In this document: piece after piece, positions 40,600 through 54,151 of the stretch
How positions within the stretch are numbered: the stretch's first letter is position 1
Layout of the letters: each line of letters begins with the position of its first letter
Assembly (NCBI RefSeq): GCF_964355755.1
Contig: NC_092674.1
Location: 25,854,001 to 25,918,000 of the forward strand
Source: Antedon mediterranea
Taxonomy: Eukaryota > Animalia > Echinodermata
Length of the DNA stretch: 64,000 bases
Direction: 5' to 3'
Notes under the pieces: model-generated
Databases searched by the model: none
What the model was told of the DNA's origin: nothing
Seen by the model: only the letters and a program-made list of their open reading frames with translations
Made by a program: the position numbers and the translations under genes

Positions 40600-41702
40600 T
40601 ATGAAACAGATACAGTACCGAGAATAGTTATAGGTTTGAACTAAGTCATATAAGATTATGTAATTTATTATTTACAATGTCCGCATTAGTAGGCCTATAT
40701 AATATATAGTTTTAATAATATATTTTCAATAGTTGTGGAACCAGAATCATTCAATGTTGTTGTTGTTGTTGTTGTTGTTTTTGTTACATACACAAAGAGG
40801 TGCGAGGTATAATATTTAGTTTGCCCCAATAGTTGTCGATAAGTTTCCGATTAATAATTGTTGAGGTTATCCGACATGAAGGTCAGGAAATTTCACATAA
40901 AAATGGATTAAATATGTTATTTAGATTTTCAGCATAGCACTCAACGGCTTACCCGCGAACTGAGTCGTGCCTGTGGTGGAGCATACCATTTTGTTTGATT
41001 TATCACCGGTAACTGTTAACATAAAACTCACTACATGAAAATGAAGAGTTTAAAAGCTATTTCATAATTAGAAGTAAGTTAGATGAGGCAATTTGATGAG
41101 AAGCGCTTGCATTATTATAAATGTGAATGACAATTATTATCGGATAATATACTGGGTGTATCAAGATATATCATGTGATAGACAGACCCCCAGGGAAGAT
41201 CAAAACTGAAATAATGATGTTTAGAATATTATTTCCATATTATTATGTTATGTCTTCTTTGCTTCAAATGTCGAATGATTCTTCTCGTCGTCTTTTGGAT
41301 AAGTTTGTTGTCGCGCGTCAAAAATGCTCGCTTCGTGTCCGGGTTAAACTGCTGCCGGCTAGCCCCTTTCAGCCCAGACAAGCTTCGTTGAATACGTCTC
41401 AGTTCTAAGAATGTATTCTTAACGTGAGACCGCCAAATTGTTGTCGCCTCAAAGAGACAATAACAAATGATCAAGGAATCGGACAAAATCGTGTAAAGCT
41501 CTGTCTTCACTATAAAATTGGTTTGACAAAACAAGTGCGATGTGCCCATGGTAGTGATATGCCCAAATATGGTAGTGATATGACATCATCATGTCCATAT
41601 GGGCACATTTTGTTCACACAAAGTTGTATAGTGTATTCATTCAAGATACAATCGAATTGGCGCAATATGTTATCCTTATTATTACAATTTCCCTATATTT
41701 GT

Positions 41703-43047
41703 TTGGCTGCCAGGCAATGGGTTTTTGGTTGAATTTAACCGTTTATTTGTCATTTTACAAGTGAAAATCATTAATTGTGATAAAGAGATTAACTTTAAAC
41801 TTTATTAAAAATACAAAATAATATATTCAAAGAATGATTTTATTAATATTTATTTTATGTTTTTGGGAGACAATACCTCTTTAAGGCATAATATTCTCCA
41901 AAAAGTTCGTTTAACGGAAAGTGTCCTTTTCAACCAATTCAATTATTTTTATTATCATTTTCAAGACTAGTTATCTCGCCAGTTATCTCTCGCCAGTTAA
42001 TTGTCCCAAACCAAATACAACCATCAAACCTCTCATCAAAGACAATTAACACTAACAACCTTGGTAGCAAGTATGGTTTCGTGTTTTGTTTAACCCTTCT
42101 TCATGTATGCTTATTAGTAATGCACCAATTAAGTACAGGCCTATTAAAGATGTATTGTGCCCCAAAATCATGATTTATAAGTCATTTTAATAGTCCATTT
42201 TACAGTTTTAATAAAGTTATTCTGTTCCATAGATAAAAAAAAACCAATGATTTTTCAATCCAATTTTTGTTCAAAGTGAATAACTATTATGTGACATTAA
42301 AATAGCATATTCATTTTTTTTTTCAGGGGGAGAATATACTATACACCTTTAAAACGTTTTTTTTTCTCTAACGCCATGATAGAATCATCTTTGATACAAC
42401 TCTCTTTAAAGCTGTTTCTACTTTTAGGTGTATTCGCTTTCTTCCCCAGTCCTCACTTTCGTTTATTTGGCCGTTCCAATATTGTAACTAAACTTTCTTC
42501 TCAAATAATTAATATCCTCTTCTTATGTGTTTCCCTGAATAGATGTATTGCCCCCCTGGAAAAATTTCTTACAATTTTTTTTTTGAATATGCAATTTTAA
42601 TGTCACCTAATATTTATCCACTTTGACCAAAAATTGGATTGAAGAAAAATGTATTTACCTTAAAAACTGTAATTTAAAGCAAAACATAGTCAAATTGGCT
42701 GCCAGCCAATGGGTTTTTGGTTGAATTTAACCGTTTATTTGTCATTTTACAAGTGAAAATCATTAATTGTGATAAAGAGATTAACTTTAAACTTTATTAA
42801 AAATACAAAATAATATATTCAAAGAATGATTTTATTAATATTTATTTTATGTTTTTGGGAGACAATACCTCTTTAAGGCATAATATTCCCCAAGAAGTTC
42901 GTTTAACGGAAAGTGTCCTTTTCAACCAATTCAATTATTTTTAATATCATTTTCAAGACACCGCGTCCAAGTTATCTCGCCAGTTATCTCTCGCCAGTTA
43001 ATTGTCCCAAACCAAATACAGTACAACCATCAAACCTCTCATCAAAG
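41703..43047 (+). repeat. ~345-bp near-identical direct duplication (41703-42041 and 42695-43047)
   Basis: Both copies include the right half of a Kolobok-like MITE plus ~160 bp of its flank. Confidence 0.85.
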
Positions 43048-45781
43048 TACTTCATGTTTCTGTTTTATTTTTATGTACTGAATTTAATTTGATATGAATG
43101 GAAACATCGCTTGTTAAATTTTTTTCTAATTTGTATACCCAATACATTGTCCCATTAACTTTAATCACCGCATTATTACCATTTTTACATTAATTCAACA
43201 ATACTTGTTCAAACAAAAGAATTACAAAACATTATGATATCAATATAAATATGATTATTTATAAATTCTAGTCTATAATTATATAACAATAGAACTTGCA
43301 TACATTAAAATAATTAATCTGGATTTGCAATACATTTTGAATTTAACAATTTGACAAAAGCAATAATAATTTAAGTAGACAATAACAACACCATCATCAT
43401 AATAATACTGGTTTATCGTGAAATATCATATCACCCAGATCGTCCTCTGCGTGAGATGTAAAGAGGTAAAAGTTGGTTAGAAATAGACACAAATTATTTT
43501 TTTTTTTATTTATTTATTTCGGTATATAAAACATTACAAAAAGCAGAACAAGTCTGAAAATATTGTAGCACATTATATAAAAAAATTACATTACAGATAA
43601 AAAATACAAAACAATTACAGAATAGAACTTCATTTTTTCACCAAATACGAAAAAGGGGGTCTCATCAAAATGTTATTTTCATTGATTTATACTTGTAATT
43701 TCTTTAAAATACATAGATTTATGGAATCTACGGTAAATTTTCTGTAAGATTATTTAAAAAACTAAAAATGGTCAAGATATAGGTTTTACACATTCAGAAG
43801 CATTTTACAGAAATCCCTTGCTGCCGACAAACGCCTGGTTTTGGTTTGGCGGTACACCTTTTATAGTCGTTCTGGTTTTGCCAGTTATTAGTATGTTTCT
43901 ACCTCGTTTGACCAGCCAGAACAACTGGATTGGTAGGCTAAGCATGCAATAATAAGTTACAATATGTAAGGTCGAGAAAACCCGTGTTTTATCAAAGTTT
44001 GATTTGAACCAAAGCTCCTGTGAAAATTAGGGCAGTCATATTAACCAAGAACCGTAATCATAGGATTGGGTGAGTCTTGTGTTCCAAAATTCCTCTTCAC
44101 CATTCCTCATTCTTCTATCCTGAACCTAACACTTTGTTTGGGATACATTTATGAAGTCATTGTACTAATATTAATACGCCACTACATCAGACATGCCCGA
44201 AGTATGTAGTTTATTGTCTTTTATGTAGTCTAGAACTCGACCTTTCTATTTTCTTTTAGTATTAAACGTATGGAACGCATTATGTGCCAAAATATATATC
44301 TTTTACTAATATGAAGTAAAGTAAAATTCTATAGACTATGTGTTATTATATAAGAACTATTTAATAAAATGTTAAAGCCATATAATTTCATTGAAACTGT
44401 ATACCCCCATGAGCCTATTAAACACAATTATAAACTGTCAATTAAAGTTCAAACTCGAATAGTATAACATTAGGGAATATGACATTTAACATGATTAGGG
44501 ATAAATGTATTTTAAAAATGTTTAGTATAATATTCAAATGCAATTTATTGTCAATAGACGTGATATTCTACTAATTATAAGGCTGAGTCTACTAATCTGT
44601 TACCTTCAACAGAAATAATATATTTTAATATAAAGCTCGGATCCCTATTGGACGTAAGCGCGTCGCAAGTAATTTGGACCAATCACGACGCGATGGATCA
44701 TCCGAACTGTCGCCTGTGATTGGTCAACTCATTTGCACTGTGTCGACGTCGTTGAACCATTATTATCCGGAACAGATATATAATACACTGAATACTGTAA
44801 TAATTCACATACATGATAATGTCTTTTCATTTCAAACAATTTGCAAAGGACTCGTTTCTCTTTTTACAATATATAGGTCGAGGAAAACTCGTGTTAAATT
44901 AATTAATTTGGACCTAGGCTCCTGTGAAAATTAGAAGGCAGTCATATTAACCATACATACACTAAGAACCCAACCATAGCATAAATCTATTGCGCTGCAA
45001 AATTTCTATTCACGTGTTTTTTTTTAAACAGGGAAGTTCGCTTAAAATGAATTTAGATGTTTGTGTAGGACGTCATCAAATTGTTGAGATTGAAAAATGA
45101 CTCGCTTATCCTTGTTTTTTAAAGAGCCACTTCCCATAATGATTTGATTAATGTAATGGACTACTGTAAAACACTAACGGACATGTCTGATTGATTTTAC
45201 GATAATAATACCCAAGTTTCTGCTTAAGCTTCTGGTTTAAAAAAAACATCTCTGTCCAATTCAATATGTAATCGATGATAATCAATAGAACGACACAAGG
45301 AGCAATGATCTAAAACATAGCTCATCTTTTTCTAAGGAAAAAATGTGATAAAATGGACAATGGCAGGATATTAACAACTCACTTGATTTCGATGTTTTGG
45401 TCTCAAGCAAGGATTTTATTTCCAGATACTCTCATCCATCTGTGTTGTATTTAATTGAAGTTTATTTTAATAAATGACAAAGAAATCCAAGTCTCCGCCT
45501 TGGAATGTTTGCCAAATCCCGTTGATAAATTACGTTGTCGGTGTTCATGAAGACATTTATTAGAATGTTTTAATCCAGGTCGTGTTCAATTATAGAGAGA
45601 TGTAAGGGGGGGGGGGGGGAATGATGTTAGCCTTTGGTCAGACGATCTGTCGTACTGCTGTAATATTATTACATATCACACGCACCAGAGTTAAGCGTGT
45701 ATAGAACGGAGTTACTGTACGCAATCAGAATCGTATTAGAGTTACAAAATAAGTGCTCATTAGTAAACTCTCTTATCTTCG

Positions 45782-46466
45782 TCCGATGTCATTAACTACG
45801 ATATAACTTCCCTTTCGTTAAGTACGATATAACTCTGATATTGTTAAATACGATATAACTTACGATATAACATCGATGTCGTTAAATATGATAAAATTGA
45901 TGTCGGTAACTACGATAACACCGATGTCGGTAACTACGATAACACCGATGTCGTCAACTACGATAACACTGATGTCGTTAACTACGATATAACTCCGATG
46001 TCGTTAACTCGATATAACACCGATGTCGTTAACCACAATATAACTCCGATGTCGTTAACTACGATATAACATCGATTCCGTTAAATACGATATTCCGTTA
46101 AATACGATAACACCGATGTCAGTAACTACGATAACTCCGATGTCGTTAACTGATATAACTCCGATGTCGTTAACTACGATATAACACCGATGTCATTAAC
46201 TACGATATAACTCCGATCGTTAACTACGATATAACTCCGATGTTATTAACTACGATATAACTCCGATGTCATTAACTACCGGTACGATATAACTACGATA
46301 TAACTCCGATGTCATTAACTACGATATGACTACGATAAACACCGATGTCATTAACTACGATAAACACCGATGTCATTAACTACGATATAACACCGATGTC
46401 GTTAACTACGATATAACACCGATGTCGTTAACTACGATATAACACCGATATCGTTAACTTCGATAT
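45782..46466. repeat. 25-27-bp minisatellite
   Basis: Unit CCGATGTCGTTAACTACGATATAAC(A/T), roughly 25 copies with no unique spacers. Confidence 0.9.
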
Positions 46467-47255
46467 GTTTCACTGTATATCAAGAAGCAGAACGTTTTAA
46501 GAACTACTGTAATCAGTTTTCTTTATCTACTGAATTACCACAATTTTATTTCCATTTCCATATCATTAGATTCCAGAAACGAGTTTCTTGTAAAACTTTT
46601 GACTGCAGAAAGTTGAGATCATGATGTAGTTAAATTACTTACACTCGCTCGTATAAAATATTGCTTATATCTTGTCATCTGTGATTGAAAAGTATACAAT
46701 TAATGGCACTACATGTTGAGAAGACTGATGTTATAAAACATGTATAAGTAACAGTTAAAATGGAAGTCTATTATCTTTAATACCTTTTCTACGGTTTAAC
46801 ACGTTTAATTGTTATTTACACTTACTACGACACGTAATATCGTATAACATCGTAGGTTTAGTATCAGATATTCATTAGGAAAATAAATAAAATCAGAAAG
46901 AAATGAATTTGTCTGGCTTATAAGTAATGAATAGTCTTTAAGGTATCAAAATGACATGTTTGAATTAAAGTTAAACGAGATATATAAATGCACGTAAGGC
47001 TGAGTCTTTTACCAAGAGAGTTTGTATTTTAAACCTTTGTATAATCTCTTGTTTTTGTATTTTTGCTGCGTTCGTTCTTTTTTTTTTTAGCCCAAAGCTT
47101 GTTAGTCTGAAGTCTTCTAGATCATCAGTTATGTATTTTGTTTTTCTTATTAGCTGTCTTCTTGTTAAGACAAATTCAAAACTGCTCATAGGCACAGTTT
47201 GGTTGTTAGTCTTGTTATGTCTATGTTGCTTGTGTCACTGAACCCATGCGCATTA

Positions 47256-48169
47256 AGCTTGGTTCCAACTATAAAAAAAATCCTGCGTAATAGGAGGATG
47301 TGAAATGTGAACATCATTTTTCTTACGTTTGTGTTCTTTGCGTTATGTTGTCGTTGCGATGCTGAAGCTTTAAGCGTGGTTCCCACTATAGACGCAACGC
47401 AAGAACGTAGTCGCAACGCAAGCGAGTTGACCAATTGCAAGTGAAAATTTGAATAACCCATCGCTTGTGATTGGTCAAATCGCTTACATTACGCAGCGCT
47501 TACGTTCTTGCGTTGCGTCCTAATGTGAACCAAGCTTTAGTTTCCTTTTTTTTTTATTATCTGGACATTCTTATTGTTCTTAAGAAATTAGAACTTCTCT
47601 TAACAGTTATTGTATTTTTTTTATATCATTTTATATCATAATCATGACAGTTTAATTCACATAAAGCTTGGTTCCCACTAGAACGAACGCAGCGACGTAT
47701 TGACGCAAAGTGCTGTATTGCGTAATCACAAGCGGGAACCGACGACGCAACAGTGCTGCGAAGATCACAGGTTTGATTTCACGCAGGCGTTGGGCAAACA
47801 CAATTATTGGAACGGCATTTGCTTATTTTGCGTAGGTTGCCTTACATTGCGTCACTAGTGGGAACCAGGCTTTATATCTGTTTATCCTGTTAACGTATCA
47901 TAATCATGGCAGTTTAATTCACATTATCCATTGTTATATTTTCAATTATAAGCCTACATTTGGAAAACTACCAGTAAGTATAATATTGTATTTTTGCATT
48001 GTACATTGATTAAGCTTGGTTCCCACTAGCGGCGCAACGTAACGTAACGCAATCTACGCAACGTAAGAAAATGCCCTTCCAACCATTGTGTTTTCCCCCC
48101 GCCTGCGTGAAATCAAACCTTGCGTCGATACGTCGCTGCGTTGCGTTGCGTTCTAGTGGAAACCACGCC
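47256..48169. mobile_element. Cluster of four Harbinger-like MITEs (47256-47369, 47373-47536, 47665-47871, 48013-48169)
   Basis: Same TIR family, with TWA flanks. Confidence 0.8.
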
Positions 48170-48500
48170 TAACTAAAACATCTTCACTATACGCTATTGG
48201 ATTATATTGTACACATTGCAGTGTAACGGATATGTCATATATGTTCGTTTTTAAGTTATTATCAATATCGTTCAATCATAATGTCGTGTATGGGGCGCAA
48301 TATATTGTTGTACGCATAAATAATACTGACTGAAATACTGTACTGTAATTCCTGTTTACTGTTGTTATGGGGTCTAGAAAGTAGGTCTCCGCCCCATACT
48401 ATCATTGCCAAGTGTGTGTAGAGTAGAACTCCTGCTTTGGGACACCCTGTTTGTAGATTTTCAACATTTGTTCTTCTACGTCATGATGACCCCATTGTAA

Positions 48501-49470
48501 ACTAGAAAGCCACTCCGAGAGTGCATACCTCCGCCTACTGTAAAATTGTTCTACATCAGATTTAGTCACCGGAAAGTGTGTGTCTTAATGCTGCATGTGA
48601 ATTATATAAGCATGTGTATGCGAGTTTGGTGTAAAGGTTATGTAACCCGCCTTTCAACTAACAAAAGCTTCAGCCGACTTACAATAGAACAGAAACGCGA
48701 AAATCAAACGAGTGAATTTGAAAAGAAATAGGGGTTTTAAACTACTCGTATCAAAAAACTTGTACATTAAATCTAATTATGTTTTAATATTACAAATCAC
48801 AAAATTTAACTCTTACCTCTTGTACAAAAATGAAGTTTTTTAGACAAGTAGTTCTCGAGAAAATACAATTTTAGTTTACTAAAACGGGTGAATTTGAAAA
48901 GAAATAGGTTTTTTAAAACTACTCGTATGAAAAAGCCGGTACATTTAATCAACTTTTGTTTTAAAATTACAAATCACAAATTATAACCCTTGCCTCTTGT
49001 CCAAAAATGAGGTTTTTTGGACTAGTAGTTATCGAGAAAATGTAATTTCAGTTTACGTGTTACTTTGAGACTGCTCACCGACTTTTGAAAATGGTCTCCT
49101 ATCTTTTAACACTAGCCGGTCTGAAAATAATATAATTTTTGTTATTTGTGAAGTTATTAATAAACCAATTTTGTTGATTTTCAATAGGCATGGTCCGAAA
49201 GTATATTCCTATCTACCCCCAAAAATCAGAATAATAACTTGAAAATTGTAGGCGCTATCGTGCTAACAAACAAACATACAAACAAACAAACAAAGTGAAT
49301 ACTATACTTGGCAAAATTCTTTTTGTCAAGTAACAAACAAACATACAAACATACATACATACATACATACATACAAACAAAGTGAATACTATACTTGGAA
49401 AAATTCTTTTTTGCCAAGTAACAAACGCACACACGCTACCGATTACATATACCTCCTTGGCGGAGGTAAA
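48501..49470 (-). mobile_element. Helentron-associated / DINE-1-like non-autonomous element
   Basis: Minus strand starts TTACCTCCGCCAAGGAGGT (subTIR hairpin) and continues with a (GTTT/GTAT)n microsatellite and two ~177-bp internal repeats (48706-49055). It ends GGCGGAGGT-ATG-CACTCTCGGAGTG(stem-loop)-GCTTTCTAGT into TT. Confidence 0.7.
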
Positions 49471-51289
49471 TAAGTCGCATATCTGGACTTTCATGAGCTA
49501 TCGTCCATCTCTTTTTTGCTTGTCTATATACATACTGGGCTAGTGTTGCCCGAAAGCTCTGCTAATTTTTTGGCTGTTTTACTTTATCGTTTTGATTTAG
49601 CTTTTCGATTTTTTATATCTCCGCCATTGAGATCCAACCACTGATACCCACAGCATTGTCATTTTTTCAGTAGGTTGCCTTTGGATTTATATACTGTATT
49701 ATTATGTATAAACACACAATTATAAAAAAAAAAAAAAATAAATAAAACAAAACGTCGATGTAACGTCTTCGTTTCATCTCACATTTCAAATTTGATATAA
49801 TACAACTAATCCGAAATATTTACACTAATATCAAGAACTTGATGTGTTATTCTTGTCATGACTAACGTACTTGAAATGGATTTGTTGAAGAGACTTTATT
49901 GCAAAGTTAATATCAATATTTTGACGTGTAAATTAATTTAGAAAAGACATTTACTATCAACATTAGCCTTAAAGAACGCAACTGTTGTACGATGTGATCT
50001 TAAAACACAAGTGTGTTTTTGTTTTGACGTTTCAATACATTTTGCATACGTCACAAAGCTAGAAATTAGACGTATCCGGCCAAAATTATGTCCAGATAAT
50101 AATTGGCTAAGTGACAGCGCCCTCTATTTGTCAATGTTTGTAGATTCACCAAGTTGGTGTCATAGCACCCTAAAATGACGAACATTCACCATCATGCCCT
50201 CTCAATTTGACGCATTTGAATCAAATTTTGACATGTTCACCATCGATATAATATTAATTACAAAACTACCTATTCTCTACTTATTATTAATCCGTCGAAT
50301 TATGCATGTGAAATGAAATCGTAAATAAATCAGTTAATATATTGTTGCTGATCACTAGTTGTGTATGGAAATCCCGTCAGCATACTTACATTTTATTTTG
50401 CTGTTGGTTGGGTTTGGAAATAAAATAAATAAAAAAAAAAAATGTTGCACAATGTTGTGGCGGCATTCGCGTACCATAATTACAAGTGTCGGCACTAAGT
50501 ATTTTTTATATTTCAGTACTAGGAACCGAACGGGAAAGATAGTACATTAAAATTTAAAATAGAATATCTTTACGTGGGCAAACTTAACGAACGCAGTTTC
50601 AGAAAGACTTCAGGACGCAAACTGTGCAATATAGTGTTAATTTGTTTAAACCTTACTTTCATACGTATTATAAACACTTATCAATTAAAAGGAAACCTGT
50701 AACTTTTCAGATATTAACTTCTGTTTCACACAATTTCCATTTTTTAGAAGTCAGCCGAAAGACTGAATAATACTTTTTTTTCTCATTTGTCATTCAGTGT
50801 TTGTGCAAGATTATTATTAGGAATTAAGTATCTAGACACGAGTGACAATATCTTTAAGTGTGCAATCTTACAACGAACCACATCTCCACCGCCCTAAAGT
50901 CTTTCGTTAACACCTTACTTACTTTTATACGTATTATACATAATATAATAATTTATTCGGAAAACGCTTTTTGAACAGCGGCACACATAATAATGGTGCA
51001 TCCTTAAAACAATTAAACATACAATATATAAAAATATGAGTATAACAATATAATAACGGAAGTTCGATAAAACAATTAAAGTTAAAAATAAACTGTAATA
51101 CTAATACCAATTAAATGCAACCCACATACATAACCTAAATTAGCATATCAATTAGTATAATATGAACAAAGGAATATACAGTACTTAGAAACTATGTAAA
51201 TATATACACACAAAAAAAATAAGGAACAATAGTTAAAACCATAGATGACCATGTTGCAGATGCATACACTTTGGATTGGTTAAATAATA

Positions 51290-51735
51290 TAAGCCAAAAG
51301 TTATCCCTTGAAGATTACTCCAAACTAAAAAAAAGTCATAGCCTTGAGAGGTGCAAGCTTAAAATTTAAATTAAGATCCAACACTTTACCTCTAGATGGA
51401 CGAACCTGTAAATGGTCTAAAGAAGTATCTGGCCACTGCACTATATGTCAGAGTGGTGAAATAGAAAATTTACAGCATTTTTTATTTAATTGCCAAGCTT
51501 TTAATGCTATAAGGGAGATCCAATTAGTGAAGCTAAATAATGACCTTGAAAATTTGGATGAGTCTGCAACATGGGAACATTTTATAAATGCTGATGTTAA
51601 TGAAAAAACTACTATAGTTTTAGGGGGGATATTAACTTGGATCCTAGTAAAGTTGTCTTGACAGCATTTGACAAATACTGTAAGAATTTTCTTAAAGTTG
51701 CCTGGAAAAAAAGATCCGAGTTAAAAAAGAGCTAA
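51290..51735 (+). mobile_element. Degenerate LINE ORF2 C-terminal fragment with CCHC zinc knuckle
   Basis: FKLRSNTLPL...CTICQSGEIENLQHFLFNC (C-x2-C-x8-H-x4-C). After a frameshift near 51625 it continues DINLD...FLKVAWKKRSELKKS*. An AT-rich 3' region follows. Confidence 0.75.
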
Positions 51736-54151
51736 TTTGCATTGTTGCTTTATAATTTTGTTTATTAATTTTCACTATATATTGTATTTAATGTTGCAGA
51801 GAAAGACTGGTGTACATCTCTGTAAATCTTTTAAAATTACTATTTGTGTTTACTGTATTCGTTGATTTTAAAGTTTATTTTCATACTTTAATTTGTAAAT
51901 TATTATTTTTTTTTTTTTTACAAATGCTAAGTTTGGTTTATTTTAGGCCTTTCATATTATTAATTATTTTATCACTGTAAACAACACTTAACTGTTACAT
52001 GGAGGTTTCTTCTTAAAAATTTATATTCATTATAACTCTCAAAACATAAATCATGATTGTTCTAAGATAAAAATGTTAATAAAATACAAACATAAATAAT
52101 AAAAAAATAGTATCACTGTAAATAAATTACAAACCACGATTAACTTTCATAATAATACAGTCGTGAGGTGGTTTCCCGATTAATCGTACGATCAAAACGG
52201 TACTGGGTATGAACATAAATAATAAAATAATAATAAATAATATAAAAGATTATAAATTTAATAATATCCTCAATAATAGCCTAATAAAATTTCTTTAAAC
52301 AATAAGATATTAATAATGTTGATAATAATAATAATAATAAATAAATATACTTATATAGGCCTATAACTCCATCAAAAGTTAAGTGTTGTACTTTTTCACT
52401 ATTGTATAATTCATTTCCTTTTCTTTTTCTTTAAACTTATGAACGCACCGTCATAAAACGTGTGCCGCTGTTCTAAAAGCGTCTGTTCAATAAAGTTATA
52501 TTTATATAGGTTAGGTTAATTCAGCTGAAAAGAATTATTCGATGACTGTAAACAGAATTTATAAAAATACAGTAAGATAACTAAATCAAATTACATACAA
52601 TATAAAATAAAAAAATCATTCAATAATGTTAGACTTGATACGTATTATACACCATATCAATTAACCGTAAACATGTAAGTTTCAGATATTAACTTCTGTC
52701 ACAAAATATCCATTTCTTTAGAAGATAGCCAACAGACTAAATGATACTATTTTTTTTTTCCTCATTTGTCATTTATTTTCTGCGTAAGAAGGCAATTAAG
52801 TATCTAGACACCAGTGACAATACTTTCAATCATCTCATTTTATTTCATAATTTCCTGCTGACCTCCTAAGGCGTTTTCAAATAGGTTAAAGATGTACTGT
52901 CATCATTGTTTATTCTAGTTAAAACAAAAATGAAAATGTATAGTAAATACAACTTTTCCACAAGCGATTTAAGATTTTACCACTGTATAGGATGTCTAGA
53001 AAACTCATCAAATTAATCATTCTATTACTAATTATAGGGTGTCTTTTAAAAATTAGGGACTTAGATTTTCACGTCGACTATGTCGACTGCTACCCTATTA
53101 CGTTATTTTTATGATATGCGCATGGGCTAGACGACTGGTACGTCGACTGGCAAATTTGAGCGTTTGTTCACTGGCATTTTGACGTTCTTTCTGTGACATA
53201 CGAGTATGATTAGCATGAGTACCAGTGGACTATGACGTCATAACACTGCAAAATGTTTACCAAAATCCATGGCCAAGAATCTCGCGAAGATTTTCTGCGA
53301 ATGTAGTAAAGTGATTTTCAGTCAAATTATATTTCCGAACTGTGAATTATTGATATGTATTGGTTATTGTAAATAAAGCTCTTAATAATGCGGGTTATGA
53401 TCTGGGTCTTATCACTACGACGCCAGCCGGCAAATGTTCATTTATCTGTCGACGACAACAGTCGACTACGACCCATGTGGACGTGACCGTCGTGGACGTT
53501 CACTCAATCAAAAAGTCCATATTAGTGTATGTAATTCAGAGCAATACCATACCTTCTCTGATAACCATGACTCAATTCAATTCAAAATTGTCAATCAATA
53601 TTGTATGTACAATTAAATTATATAAAACAAAGTACCATTTGATCAAGGGACAACATATTTATAAGGGGTCAGGGGTCATGGAGACTCACACCCGTCACTG
53701 TCTCCCCTCCTTATACACATACAAACAAAAGAATGTATGCAGTGGTGTTAACGTGCGTGCCTTTCATTCCCAATGTCCAGGGTTCAATCCTGACCTTGTG
53801 CCAGGACTCAAGCCTCTTTTAACTCCACTCCCTAGCCTCAAATGAGACTTAGTTTATAAGCATGATACATTATAACATCATACAATAGTTTGGCCACGAG
53901 TCTGTGCTCGCTGTTGGATGCGTATGAAAAACAAAATAATTGTACATTAGAATTAGTAGGCCTACTGAATCGTGATCTTATAGTTATACTAGGATTTTAA
54001 GACCTGCGGTTTGTAGATCTAGAAAATCAAGATATCGGTCGAGAAAAGTCGGATATCATTTTGATACAATCGTATGTTATGGCATTTTTTTCCGTTCTTA
54101 TAAAGTTCATCACAGTATTGTAATGTGTTTTTTTCTATATTGTTCTTTCAG

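Noticed and set aside
45782-46466. CRISPR-like array of ~27-bp repeats
   Set aside because: The units are contiguous with no unique spacers, there are no cas genes and the context is eukaryotic.
50113-50132. CTCF-like motif CAGCGCCCTCTATTTG
   Set aside because: A single imperfect match that cannot be supported without binding data.
53360-53845. 161-aa ORF
   Set aside because: No recognisable domain, non-ATG start, intronic, and its 3' part overlaps a degraded tRNA/SINE-like remnant.
54123-54151. ATG start of a stand-alone 262-aa ORF
   Set aside because: MCFFLYCSF is the intron polypyrimidine tract, and the exon begins at 54152.
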